A stretch of DNA of 64,000 nt, taken from the NCBI GenBank assembly GCA_050633305.1, contig JBOEGF010000004.1:160001-224000 (forward strand). Direction: 5' to 3'. Each line of letters starts with the position of its first letter. Position 1 is the first letter of the stretch. This stretch comes from Nannocystales bacterium (GTDB lineage Bacteria; Myxococcota_A; Polyangia; Nannocystales; Nannocystaceae). A program made the translations under genes and the position numbers. Under the pieces are notes generated by a model. The model saw only the letters and a program-made list of their open reading frames with translations, was not told the origin of the DNA and did no database searches. Below are positions 29,341 through 38,659 of the stretch, one piece after another.

Positions 29341-29792
29341 GTCGCCGGTCCTCGAAGAGCTGGGCGCGGCCCAGGGGGCGGCCGTGTTCGGTATGCTTGC
29401 GCGGTGTCGCGTATCGAGGACCCCTTCGTACTCTTTGCGCTCGACGATGCCGAGCGTGGGGCCGCCGTAGGCTCGGCCGTCGTCCCTCACCGGAAGCCGG
29501 AACTCGACAAGCCGAATTCGTATTTGCGTATAACACCCGCTACGGGGCGTCTACTTTGCGTACAATTCCGTAGGGTGACATTTTTCTCCGATGTGCTTCG
29601 ACCCCCGTCTCGTGGGTGCGGGCGACCGTAGCTGCGAAGCGTAGACTGGGGTGGTCACGCTGAGCGCTTCGGCTCTAGCTAGAGCGTCTCGGTTCCAACC
29701 CGTGGGAGCGAGGAACGTGGACCCGTCGGTGTTGGGGTGTATTGCCCCGCGCTCGTCATCGCGCGGCCTGGATCAATCGGGCGAGCATCCAA

Positions 29793-29828
29793 CACGAAGG
29801 GGGCCGTCGTGAAACGGCCCCTCGCGTG
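29793..29828. terminator. Terminator-like hairpin
   Basis: GGGGCCGT-cgtgaa-ACGGCCCC, extendable by CACG/CGTG. Confidence 0.5.
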
Positions 29829-29929
29829 GGCGTGACGCTCTCCGTCTGCGCCCGCTGCAGCGGGCCGATGCGCGTCGCCAGGATGCCAGGCCTTTTCGTC
29901 CAGAAATACACGTTGAAGCCCGGCTGCGT

Positions 29930-30382
29930 ATGGCTTTCCGGTTGGCGTCGACCAGGGGGGAACAGGTCTCGGCGCTCGATCGGGCTGCTGACGACAGGAA
30001 CTTGCGCCATGGTGTACACGCCGATGTTGCGAGGCGAGTGGAGTTCGCGGCCGCGTCATCCCGGGCTGGGGAGGCAGCAACCCGTGATGCAAGAGAAGAA
30101 CTCGGGGCACGGGTCCTGGCCAGCCAGGCCGCAGGCCTGGACGCCGTCGGGGCAGTCCTGTTCACGGCGTGCAGCCGCGAGCGGGGGATCCACGGGCGCC
30201 ACCCAGACTCCCCCCGCGACGTGCGGCGCCTGAGTTCGCACGGCACCGAAGCGCCGAAGGGATGGTCGCTGCGGGTGTTGCCCAAGCGTAGCGAGCGGCT
30301 CGAGGCGGTCGTTGGTGAGGACACGGTGACGATCGAAGGGGCCGGCTTGCGCTACCGCTTCGGACCCGAGAGCCGCGGCTGA
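29930..30382 (+). pseudogene. Probable gene remnant (3' part looks coding)
   Basis: GC3-rich codons only in the 3' half (GLDAVGAVLFTAC...LEAVVGEDTVTIEGAGLRYRFG); no convincing start. Confidence 0.3.
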
Positions 30383-30391
30383 CGCTGCCCC

Positions 30392-32080
30392 CTACTCGAG
30401 ACGCAGGTGTACGGAGTTCGACGCCGCCAGCACGATGGGGTTCGGCGCCGGGCTGCCCGAGGAGCTGACCGCGTTGAGGCCCGCGCTGGTCAGGCGCGGA
30501 CGGACGCGGAGGTTGCCGTCGAACTCGTGTTCGCCGTGGGCATTTGCGCCGATCCGGGCCCGTCCGCCCGCGACGAAGATCGGCTTTGCGCTGGCATCGC
30601 GCCACAGTGCCCACGGGCCATTGTCGATCGAGACCTCCAAGAAGCCGCTGTAGGGCTCGTCGCCGTCGGAGGGGCGGGTGACGTACACCTCGTACGCGCC
30701 CGTGTGCGGCACGGTCAGGGACTGCGTCTCGAGCATGCCCTGTTGGCGGCGGAGGCGAAGCTCCAGCGGCTGGTTGGGGCGCGGGACGTACATCTCGATC
30801 GCGGTGGCCCGCACGACATGGTTGACCTCGCATTCGCCTCCAGGCCGCAGGCAGAAGTCGTCGTTGGGCTCCCACTGTTCGATCTGCGAGACGAGCCCGT
30901 CGTCGGTCCACGACCAGTCTTCGGTGACCGTAAACTCCTCCGTCAGGTCATTGAAGAGGAACGTCTCCGCGTATCGCATGCGGACCACGGTCCCCTCGGG
31001 AGAGGGCTGCGGGAAGTGGCCGGCGGCGTACGCCTTGCTCATCCACGTGCCGATGCCGACGCAGTCCACACCCTCGCTGCACAAGACGCTGTCCCCTGGG
31101 AGTGAGTAGGGCGTCGCGGTGCCGTAGGCGACCATCGCCTCGTTGGCTGGGATTCGGTTGTACCGGGGGAGCAAGCTGTAGTGCTCGGCCGTGAACTGCG
31201 GTCGAGGGTAGTCGCTATGCTCGCCCGCAGGCGCGTAGCTGCCCAGCAGGGCCGGCGAGCCCCCGGCGCCCGGAAGAGCGTCGGCGGGATAGGTCACCCG
31301 GACGGCGGTGGTGGATGGCATGGCGTGGGTGCTGCCGCCAGAGCCGACCAGATATCCGCGGTCCTTGCGGATGCACCATCGGAGCATCTGGCCGCCGCGT
31401 GCGCCCCAATACGAGGCGGGACTCGTCTTCGTCATCCGAATCGTTTGTCCGCCCGGGCAGTTTCCCGCGTCGTCGGTCTCGTAGTCGAAGCGGGAGTACC
31501 CCAGTCGGTTTCCGTTCTCGTCGGTGTTCTCGAACACGACATAGGACCCCGGCACGGCGTCGGGGACGCGTGGGGACGTCCACGGGAGCGGGGGAGGGGT
31601 CTGCGACGCCGCGTCGACGAAGATGGAGTCCCAGCAGCTCCACGGAAGATCCAGGTCGACCGGACGCAACTGCATCCCATACAGTCCTGGTGGAAAGTTC
31701 GAGTCCGCCGGGACTTCGACGATGCCGTCGTCGTTCGGGTCGAGCCACTGGTCTTCGGAGAAGACACTGCTACAGCGTGCGGGCAGGTTCGCAGGACCGT
31801 TCGGCGGCAGGCTGCAGTGCTTTGCCCGGTACTCCAGAGCGTCCGTGTAGGGCTGTCCGTTCAGGGAGACTTCGACGGTGTAGCCCCCGTTGGGGCTGAT
31901 CCGGTCCTCGAGGATTTCGGCTTGAAATGCACCGCTCGTGCATGCCTGGGCGCTCCTCGGAGCGGTCTCCTCCAAGGCGGAATCCATGGTGTCGATCCCG
32001 TCCTCCTCCGGCGGAGCACAGGCCGCGGCGGCGGCGAGCGAGAGGAGGGTGGCGATGCGGAGCTTCATTGAAGTGTTCAT
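30392..32080 (-). CDS. Hypothetical lipoprotein
   Basis: MKLRIATLLSLAAAAAC lipobox; long ORF with strong GC3 bias; no family recognised. Confidence 0.8.
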   Translation of the reverse strand: MNTSMKLRIATLLSLAAAAACAPPEEDGIDTMDSALEETAPRSAQACTSGAFQAEILEDRISPNGGYTVEVSLNGQPYTDALEYRAKHCSLPPNGPANLPARCSSVFSEDQWLDPNDDGIVEVPADSNFPPGLYGMQLRPVDLDLPWSCWDSIFVDAASQTPPPLPWTSPRVPDAVPGSYVVFENTDENGNRLGYSRFDYETDDAGNCPGGQTIRMTKTSPASYWGARGGQMLRWCIRKDRGYLVGSGGSTHAMPSTTAVRVTYPADALPGAGGSPALLGSYAPAGEHSDYPRPQFTAEHYSLLPRYNRIPANEAMVAYGTATPYSLPGDSVLCSEGVDCVGIGTWMSKAYAAGHFPQPSPEGTVVRMRYAETFLFNDLTEEFTVTEDWSWTDDGLVSQIEQWEPNDDFCLRPGGECEVNHVVRATAIEMYVPRPNQPLELRLRRQQGMLETQSLTVPHTGAYEVYVTRPSDGDEPYSGFLEVSIDNGPWALWRDASAKPIFVAGGRARIGANAHGEHEFDGNLRVRPRLTSAGLNAVSSSGSPAPNPIVLAASNSVHLRLE

Positions 32081-32146
32081 GTGCACGTTCCTTCGCGGGG
32101 CGCGGGCCGAAGGACCCAAGCCGCGCACCCCTCTGGCTGCCGGACG

Positions 32147-32460
32147 CACCGAGTCGGTTCCGAGCACGTCTCTGCGATCGACTGGTCGACGCTGAAGCTC
32201 GAGCCCGGGAGCTACGTCGACGAGGAGCTCCCGACCGGAGCGGAGCCCCCTTGGCTTCCGCGTCGAGCGGACCCGCATGCGCGAGCGCGCATTGCAGGTG
32301 CCCGAGCCGTCGATCGAGGCGTTCCTCGAGTGGGCGGCGGCCTACGATGCAGGCAGTCGCAGCGGGCGCTCACGGGCGCGCCATGAGGCTTGGCTCGCGG
32401 GTCGCGGCGGGCCGTGTCGCTCGACCTCGTCGGGCAGGTGGAAGACGAGGCTCTCTGTGC
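32147..32460 (+). pseudogene. Frameshifted gene remnant
   Basis: Three consecutive coding-like segments in three different frames: IDWSTLKLEPGSYVDEELP, PEPSIEAFLEWAAAYD, VSLDLVGQVEDEAL. Confidence 0.35.
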
Positions 32461-32601
32461 CCGCCGAGCACTGCGAAGTGAAGCTTCGAGCCGAGAAATC
32501 TCGGGGTGTGGGTACCGTCGAGTTCGCGACGTTTTGCCTAGAGCCCGGCAAGGACCCACAAGCTGGAAGCTGCGCGCCCGGGCTGATCCACCGAGCCGGA
32601 C

Positions 32602-32925
32602 TCAGCCGGCTTTGCTGCCGCCGCGGCATGGCGGACTCTGCGGGATCACGCCACCGCGGGTCTGCCACTGCTGCGGCGTGTAGGCGTGAATCGACAGCGC
32701 GTGCAGTCCCGCGTCCAACTCGTCTTTGGCCAGGGCATTGATCGCCCGGTGCCGCTGGACCAACGACTTGCCCTCGAACGCCTCGGCGACCAGCGTCACC
32801 TTGAAGTGGCTCTCGGGGTTGTTGCCCGAGTGACGGCTGCTCTCGTTCTCGATCTCGAGCACCGCGGGCGCCAGCGCATCCACGATCTTGTCATGGAGCG
32901 CCGACTGCAAGGGACCGCTGCTCAC
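32602..32925 (-). CDS. bolA: BolA family protein
   Basis: LEIENESSRH..ESHFKVTLVAEAFEGKSLVQRHR.I..L..EL..GLHALSI; GTGA overlap with the upstream gene. Confidence 0.92.
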   Translation of the reverse strand: MSSGPLQSALHDKIVDALAPAVLEIENESSRHSGNNPESHFKVTLVAEAFEGKSLVQRHRAINALAKDELDAGLHALSIHAYTPQQWQTRGGVIPQSPPCRGGSKAG

Positions 32926-35180
32926 GAGGCGGGTGCCCCTTCGGATGCCGTGGCTTCGGGTGGAAGCGCGGCGGCGATCATCTCGGCGATGTCCAACACG
33001 GCGATGTCCTCGTCCTTGTCGAAGTGCTTCATGCCGTCGGAGATCATCGTCTTGCAGAACGGGCAGCCCACGCCGACGGCGTCCACACCCGCATCCACGA
33101 TCTCCTTGGAGCGGTTGAGGTTGACCCGCTTCTCGGCCTCCTCCTCCATCCACATCCGGGCTCCGCCAGCGCCGCAACAGAAGCCGTGCTCCCGGTTCCG
33201 GTCCAGCTCGACCATCTTGTCGGCGCCGCCGACCGCGGCAGCGACCGCGGATCGTGGCTCGTCGTACATGCCGTTCCAGCGGCCCAGGTAGCAGCTGTCG
33301 TGGTAGGCGACTTTGCGCATCTCCAGCGGGTTCTCCACCTTGAGCTTGCCGGTCTCCATCAGGTGGGGAAGCAGCTTGCTGTGGTGGATGACCTCGTACT
33401 TGCCGCCGAACTGCGGGTACTCGTTGGCGATGGTGTGGAAACAGTGCGGGCAGCTCGCAATGATCTTGCGAACCTTCAGCTCGTTCATGAGGTCCACGTT
33501 CATCTGCGCGATGGTCTGGAAGCTCATCTCATTGCCGCCGCGACGAAGGGTGTCGCCGGTGCAGTTCTCTTGCGTGCCCAGCACCGCGAAGTTGACTCCC
33601 GCCGCCTGAAGGCAGCGGACCAGGGCCCGGGTGGGCTTCTTGGAGGCGTCGGAATAGGCGCCCGCGCAGCCGATGAACAGCAGGTACTCGGCGTCGGGGT
33701 TTTCTTCGATGGTCGGGACTTCGAGGCCGTCGGCCCACTTCATGCGGTCTTCTTGCGGAAGGCCCCACGGGTTGCCGGAGTTCTCGATATTGCCGAACGC
33801 CGTGGTCAGCTCGCCCGGGGTCCGGCCGCTTTCATCGTTGAGCACGATGTGGGTCCGCATCTGCAAGATCTTGAGCGGGTGGTCGATGAAGACCGGGCAG
33901 ACCTCTTGGCAGGCGCCGCACGTGGTGCAGGACCAAAGCGTCTCGTCGTCGATGCGACCCCCGACCAGCGGATTCATCTCTTCCAGCTCGGTGCGGAGCT
34001 TCTCGACCGCTGCGACCTGCTCCTTCTTGGAGTCGTCGGCCTTGAGCTTCTCCCAAGCTTCCTGGGTCTTCTGCCACTCCTCGAAGCCCGGCTCCTCCTC
34101 CATGGGCTCCATGAACTCCACGCCCGCTGCGGGAGGAGACATGTCGACGCCCAGCTCGCCTTGCAGCTGCTGAAGCTCGAGCACCTTCAGCCCGCGGTCC
34201 TTCATCTCGTCCTTGAGGTCGTGGATGAGGTGCATCGGCGACAATGGCTTGTCGGTCGCGAACGCGGGGCAGTACGTCGTGCAACGCGCGCACTCGGTGC
34301 AGGCGTAGTTGTCGATCAGGCTCTTCCAGGTGAAGTCCTCGATCTTGGCAACGCCCCAGTTGTCCATGAGCGGGACGGCATCGGGATCTTCGGGGTCGTC
34401 GCTGCTGAACAACTGCAGCTTCGGCATCGCGCCGCGCTGGCCCTGGGGACGGAGCAGAATGTTGGGTCCTGATCCGAGCACGTGGATGTGCTTGGAGAAG
34501 GGGAGGTAGTTGAGGAAGCCCAGCAGGATCGCGACGTGTCCCCACCAGTGGACCTCCGCCGCGGCACCCGCCCAGCTCGCGTCGATGTTGGACGTGAGGG
34601 TGTCCCCAGAGATCGTGAACACGCCGGTCAGCGAGCCCAGCGTTCGCGCGACGGGCATCATGGGGTCGGCGTGGCCGGTCGCGGCCATGTGCCAGCTGTG
34701 GTGCCCAAAGTGGGTGAGCACCAGCGTGGTGATCGCCGACAGGATGAGCATGGCATCCATGTTGGCGGGCACGAACTCCGGTTTGACGATCAGCCGCCGG
34801 TAGAAGGCGTACATCAGCGCGACGAACACCACGGCGTTCATCACGTCGACCCCCAGCCGCACGTAGCCGTACAGGGTCTCGCCGAGAATTGTACCCAGCG
34901 TGAACCAGTCGCCGACCAGACCGGTGATGAACATCTCTGTGCTGGCGACCGTGAGGACCAGGAAACCCCAGTAGATCGCGAGGTGGTGGTAGGAGCGGGA
35001 CTCCTCCATCACCTTTCGCTGTCCGAAGAAGAACTTCATCAAGCTCCCAACCCGCTGCCCCCAACTCTCCGCGAGGCCTGCTGGTCGTCCGAGCGCGGCG
35101 ATGCGCACGAATTTCGAGACGTTGAAGGCGAACAGGGCGTTCGCCGCGATGAACACCAATGCGAAAGCGAGCTGCTTCAT
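32922..35180 (-). CDS. Membrane-bound Fe-S oxidoreductase (FadF/HdrD/GlpC-like; TM domain, 2x[4Fe-4S], CCG domains)
   Basis: N-terminal TMs with YLPFSKHIH; CTECARCTTYCP; CTTCGACQEVCP; CPHC; YHDSCYLGR; CCGAGG; CPFC. Confidence 0.92.
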   Translation of the reverse strand: MKQLAFALVFIAANALFAFNVSKFVRIAALGRPAGLAESWGQRVGSLMKFFFGQRKVMEESRSYHHLAIYWGFLVLTVASTEMFITGLVGDWFTLGTILGETLYGYVRLGVDVMNAVVFVALMYAFYRRLIVKPEFVPANMDAMLILSAITTLVLTHFGHHSWHMAATGHADPMMPVARTLGSLTGVFTISGDTLTSNIDASWAGAAAEVHWWGHVAILLGFLNYLPFSKHIHVLGSGPNILLRPQGQRGAMPKLQLFSSDDPEDPDAVPLMDNWGVAKIEDFTWKSLIDNYACTECARCTTYCPAFATDKPLSPMHLIHDLKDEMKDRGLKVLELQQLQGELGVDMSPPAAGVEFMEPMEEEPGFEEWQKTQEAWEKLKADDSKKEQVAAVEKLRTELEEMNPLVGGRIDDETLWSCTTCGACQEVCPVFIDHPLKILQMRTHIVLNDESGRTPGELTTAFGNIENSGNPWGLPQEDRMKWADGLEVPTIEENPDAEYLLFIGCAGAYSDASKKPTRALVRCLQAAGVNFAVLGTQENCTGDTLRRGGNEMSFQTIAQMNVDLMNELKVRKIIASCPHCFHTIANEYPQFGGKYEVIHHSKLLPHLMETGKLKVENPLEMRKVAYHDSCYLGRWNGMYDEPRSAVAAAVGGADKMVELDRNREHGFCCGAGGARMWMEEEAEKRVNLNRSKEIVDAGVDAVGVGCPFCKTMISDGMKHFDKDEDIAVLDIAEMIAAALPPEATASEGAPAS

Positions 35181-35283
35181 CGTAGATCGACGGGGTCATA
35201 CCACAGGGGGGGCGGCCCGGCGCGCAGGGCCGCTGTGCGCGGATGCAGCGGGGCTCAGAGCGCGATAAGCTAGGGCTCACCGC

Positions 35284-36741
35284 GTGCACGACCTCCTGCT
35301 GATCAGCGACCTGCACCTGGGTTCGCACCTCAAGCCCCGCCTGCGGGGAGAGGAAGTGCACCTCGCGTCCCGGATCGAAGAGGAGTTTCCTCGCTTCATC
35401 GACCACCACCTCGAGCTGGCCGAAGCCCGTCAGGTGGGCTGGCAGATGGTGGTCAACGGCGACTTCATCGACTTTTGGAACGTAGTTCTGGACGAGCGGG
35501 AGGACGAGGACAGTGAGGCGCTCGCGGTTCGCCGCTTGCACGCGGTCCTCGACGCGCACCCGGCCGTGGAGGACTCGTTGGCGCGTTTTCTCGAAGCTGG
35601 CCACGGTGTGGCGTTCGTGACGGGCAACCACGATGCCGAGCTGCTCTACGGCGGAGTCCGGCGCGCGATGGTCGAGCGCATCGAAGGCGCGATGTCCTCG
35701 GAGGAAGGCGATGCCAGCATCACGCGGACCGGGACCGTGCGTCTGGACATGATGCGGGCGGGAAAGATCCGCTTCGTTCGCTGGTTCCTACGGGAGCCCG
35801 GTGGTGCGTGGATCGAGCACGGTCACAAGTTCGACCCCAGCTGCGCCACGCCTGCGGCCCTCTCGCCGACCCGAGGCGGTGCCCTCGTGCAGACGGTCGC
35901 CGAAGTCGCGACACGGAGCTTCGCGAACGTGATGCCCGAGATCGACTACGACGCTCCGGACAAGTTCAGCGGCTTCGACTACGCCCGGTGGGCCCTCGCC
36001 CGGGGCTGGCGATTCGTGGTGCGGGTGATCCTGCTCTACCTGCGCATGGTGGGCCGAATCCTGGGGCTGTGGGTGGGCGGCCGGGTCGACGCGGAGGGCC
36101 AGGCGGTCCACGACGAGCAGCTTGGGCGGATCGCCGCCAACGCTGGGCTCCAGATGAGCGCGCTGGCAGCCCTCGAAAACATGGCCCCGCCGCCCGCTGC
36201 GGTCACCGTGGGCGGCCTGGTCAAGCTCACAGCACTCGACCACGTGCTCATGATGCTGACCCCGATCGTGTTTGCGGTCGTGTTTGCGCTTCTGCGATGG
36301 GTTCCGCTTTGGGCCGGCCTTCCGCTCGCGATCATCATCGGAGGCTTGGGGATCGCGCTGCAACGGCGTGGGCGTCAGCGCCGAGATGTTGCTCGGGACA
36401 TGCTCAACGTCGCCGCTGGCGTCGGGCAAGCCACCGGCGTCCCCCTGGTCCTGATGGGCCACAGCCACCATGGCGAGCTCGAGCGGCGCGGGGATGTGGT
36501 CTACGCAAACAGCGGGTCGTGGCTGGATGGCTCGCATCTGTACGTGGAACGGGACCCCGAGACGCAGCGCCTGATCCGGGTCGAACTGCGGCAGTGGCGC
36601 AACGGTGGGGTCCGCTGCTTGGACGCGATGACCGTCTTGCAGCCCGACGTCCCCGTCGATCTCGCGGCGGCAGTGCGGGCCGACACGGCCCTCGAATCGG
36701 TGTCCGATGGTGACGCCAGCGGCGCTTTTGTGCGAACGTGA
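35284..36741 (+). CDS. Calcineurin-like metallophosphoesterase with TM hairpin
   Basis: ISDLHLG, NGDFID, GNHD, EHGH, GHSH. Confidence 0.88.
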   Translation: MHDLLLISDLHLGSHLKPRLRGEEVHLASRIEEEFPRFIDHHLELAEARQVGWQMVVNGDFIDFWNVVLDEREDEDSEALAVRRLHAVLDAHPAVEDSLARFLEAGHGVAFVTGNHDAELLYGGVRRAMVERIEGAMSSEEGDASITRTGTVRLDMMRAGKIRFVRWFLREPGGAWIEHGHKFDPSCATPAALSPTRGGALVQTVAEVATRSFANVMPEIDYDAPDKFSGFDYARWALARGWRFVVRVILLYLRMVGRILGLWVGGRVDAEGQAVHDEQLGRIAANAGLQMSALAALENMAPPPAAVTVGGLVKLTALDHVLMMLTPIVFAVVFALLRWVPLWAGLPLAIIIGGLGIALQRRGRQRRDVARDMLNVAAGVGQATGVPLVLMGHSHHGELERRGDVVYANSGSWLDGSHLYVERDPETQRLIRVELRQWRNGGVRCLDAMTVLQPDVPVDLAAAVRADTALESVSDGDASGAFVRT

Positions 36742-36780
36742 ACCCGCGTCGCCGGATGACGCGACAGGCAAGACGGACCG

Positions 36781-37155
36781 TTGGCCAACGAAACCATCCT
36801 CGTCATCGAAGACGACTCTTCCGTACGAACCCTTCTCAGCAAGGCGCTGTCAGGCAAGGGCTATCAAGTCGAAACGTCCGAGGACGGCCTTGCCGGACTA
36901 ACGCGGCTGGAGTCCCTCCGGCCGGACCTGATCATCGTGGACATCATGATGCCCCGGCTCGACGGGATGACCTTCGTTCGGGCGATCAAGGCTCATGAGC
37001 ACACCCAGCCGATTCCGGTCATCTTCCTCACCGCGAAGAACGACCCGAAGACGATGATCCAAGGCATCAACCTTGGCGCGCGTTTCTACGTGACGAAGCC
37101 GTTCCAGATCGACGAGTTGCTTGCCAAGGTTCAAAAAGCGCTCATGCCCGGCTGA
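36781..37155 (+). CDS. Single-domain response regulator
   Basis: ILVIEDD, DLIIVDIMMP.LDG, FLTA, KPF. Confidence 0.95.
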   Translation: MANETILVIEDDSSVRTLLSKALSGKGYQVETSEDGLAGLTRLESLRPDLIIVDIMMPRLDGMTFVRAIKAHEHTQPIPVIFLTAKNDPKTMIQGINLGARFYVTKPFQIDELLAKVQKALMPG

Positions 37156-38653
37156 GCAGGGGCGAGCGTGAGAACGGCGACCGGGCGGGTCCGACGACAG
37201 CCGCGGCTGCTGCCGCTCCTGCAGCAAACTCCCCCTCCAGGCCCAGGCCAGGCAGGGTCAGCCGACATGCGAAGTGCATCGCTTTGAGGCCACTCTCGGT
37301 CGAGAGCACCCCGACACCCAGGCTTGGAGGCTTGCCCACCGCATACAGCGGGGCCATCGGGTGTGTTGTCCCCGGGGCCGCACGCTCGGAGATGTCATGC
37401 CCATGGCCGTCGGTCAGCGGCCGGCCGTCGTGCGGAGAGTGCACCCACCGCACGTGCTCTTGGCAAAACGGCAATACGCCTCGTGCGTCGAGGGCCGCCA
37501 GCAGGCGCTCCCGAAGGCCGGCGGTCGATGCCTGGGGCGGGACCACGTGGCAGATCGAGACCCGGCGCGAGTCCTCGGCTGCCCCGGACAGGACCCGCAC
37601 GTATGTGTTGCCGACCGGGTCGTCTGCGGATCCTTCCGGCAAGCACAGGGCGAGGGGTTCGAGCGCGGGGGAGAGACCCCGAACACCGATCTCGGCGTGC
37701 ATGACGAACCGCTGGGCCGCGATACGAACCCCTTGCAACGTCTCTTGCAGGGTGCGCGGGAGAAGCTCGGGGAGCAGTGGACCCTCCAACAGGCGCAGGG
37801 GGTCCGTCGCCACGATCAGATGGTCACAGCCGTAGCAGTCTTGCTTGCCGAGGAGGCTGACGCCGACCACTCGCGAGCGCTTGAGCAGCAGCTCGGCGAC
37901 CCGTAGACCGCGTTTCACTTCGCCCGAGTGGAGTTCGATCCGCTGGAGCAGCAGGGTTCGCAGCGCAGCCTCGCCGCCAGGCATGTCGTCCGGGCCGCGA
38001 TGCCAGAGCCCCGCCAGTCGCAGGCTCGCGGCCTTGCCGAGCTGGGTCGGATGCAGGTGCTGCAGCCACGGGACTGCCGCAGAGCCGACGCGCCGCAGGT
38101 CGTGGTCGGGAGGGAGGGGGGGCATCTCGTCGACGGTGCCCGCGGGGAGCTGGCCTTCGACGCGGGCGAGGAACCGGCGACTCCAGAAGCCCCCGCCCAC
38201 CAGGGCGTTGTCCGAAGCGAGCAGGGGGTCGAGCACCTCGTCCGTTGCGGCGGACCAACGCTGCGCCATGTCCCAGGCGGCCGGGACATGCTCGTCGTCG
38301 GGCCACACACGCGCGGCCTCCTCGCTGACGTTGGCGCTCGAGGGGGTGAGATCGACACGACCGTCGGGCAACACCACGTGGACTCGGTGCTCGATCGGGG
38401 CGTACAGGCGCCGGACCTGTTGCGCCAACCCAAGTTCGGTCCATACCCGAGCCGTAGGCGCCGTGCCCATGTGCAGGACCGGGGCGGTGCGAAGCGGGAG
38501 CGTGCGTCCTGCGATCTTGTAGGTCCCGTCGGCGGGGCCTTGCGGGATCACCAGGACGCGCTTCCCTCGACGGGCAACCAACGCCGCGGCGACGAGCCCG
38601 GCGATGTCGCTGCCGAGCACGATCAGATCGTAGTGATTGGTCGTCGTCGCCAC
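37142..38653 (-). CDS. FAD-dependent oxidoreductase (phytoene dehydrogenase-like)
   Basis: N-terminal Rossmann YDLIVLGSDIAGLVAAALVARRG; C-terminal LPGLGLEG. Confidence 0.75.
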   Translation of the reverse strand: MATTTNHYDLIVLGSDIAGLVAAALVARRGKRVLVIPQGPADGTYKIAGRTLPLRTAPVLHMGTAPTARVWTELGLAQQVRRLYAPIEHRVHVVLPDGRVDLTPSSANVSEEAARVWPDDEHVPAAWDMAQRWSAATDEVLDPLLASDNALVGGGFWSRRFLARVEGQLPAGTVDEMPPLPPDHDLRRVGSAAVPWLQHLHPTQLGKAASLRLAGLWHRGPDDMPGGEAALRTLLLQRIELHSGEVKRGLRVAELLLKRSRVVGVSLLGKQDCYGCDHLIVATDPLRLLEGPLLPELLPRTLQETLQGVRIAAQRFVMHAEIGVRGLSPALEPLALCLPEGSADDPVGNTYVRVLSGAAEDSRRVSICHVVPPQASTAGLRERLLAALDARGVLPFCQEHVRWVHSPHDGRPLTDGHGHDISERAAPGTTHPMAPLYAVGKPPSLGVGVLSTESGLKAMHFACRLTLPGLGLEGEFAAGAAAAAAVVGPARSPFSRSPLLSRA

Positions 38654-38659
38654 GGGTGC

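Noticed and set aside
29718..29812. Short ORF after GAGGA (VDPSVLGC...)
   Set aside because: About 31 codons with no motif or clear codon bias; it cannot be supported from sequence alone
29340..29830. tmRNA, RNase P or 6S RNA in the large gap
   Set aside because: No tRNA-like ends or tag ORF, no GAGGAAAGTCC, and no convincing long closing stem
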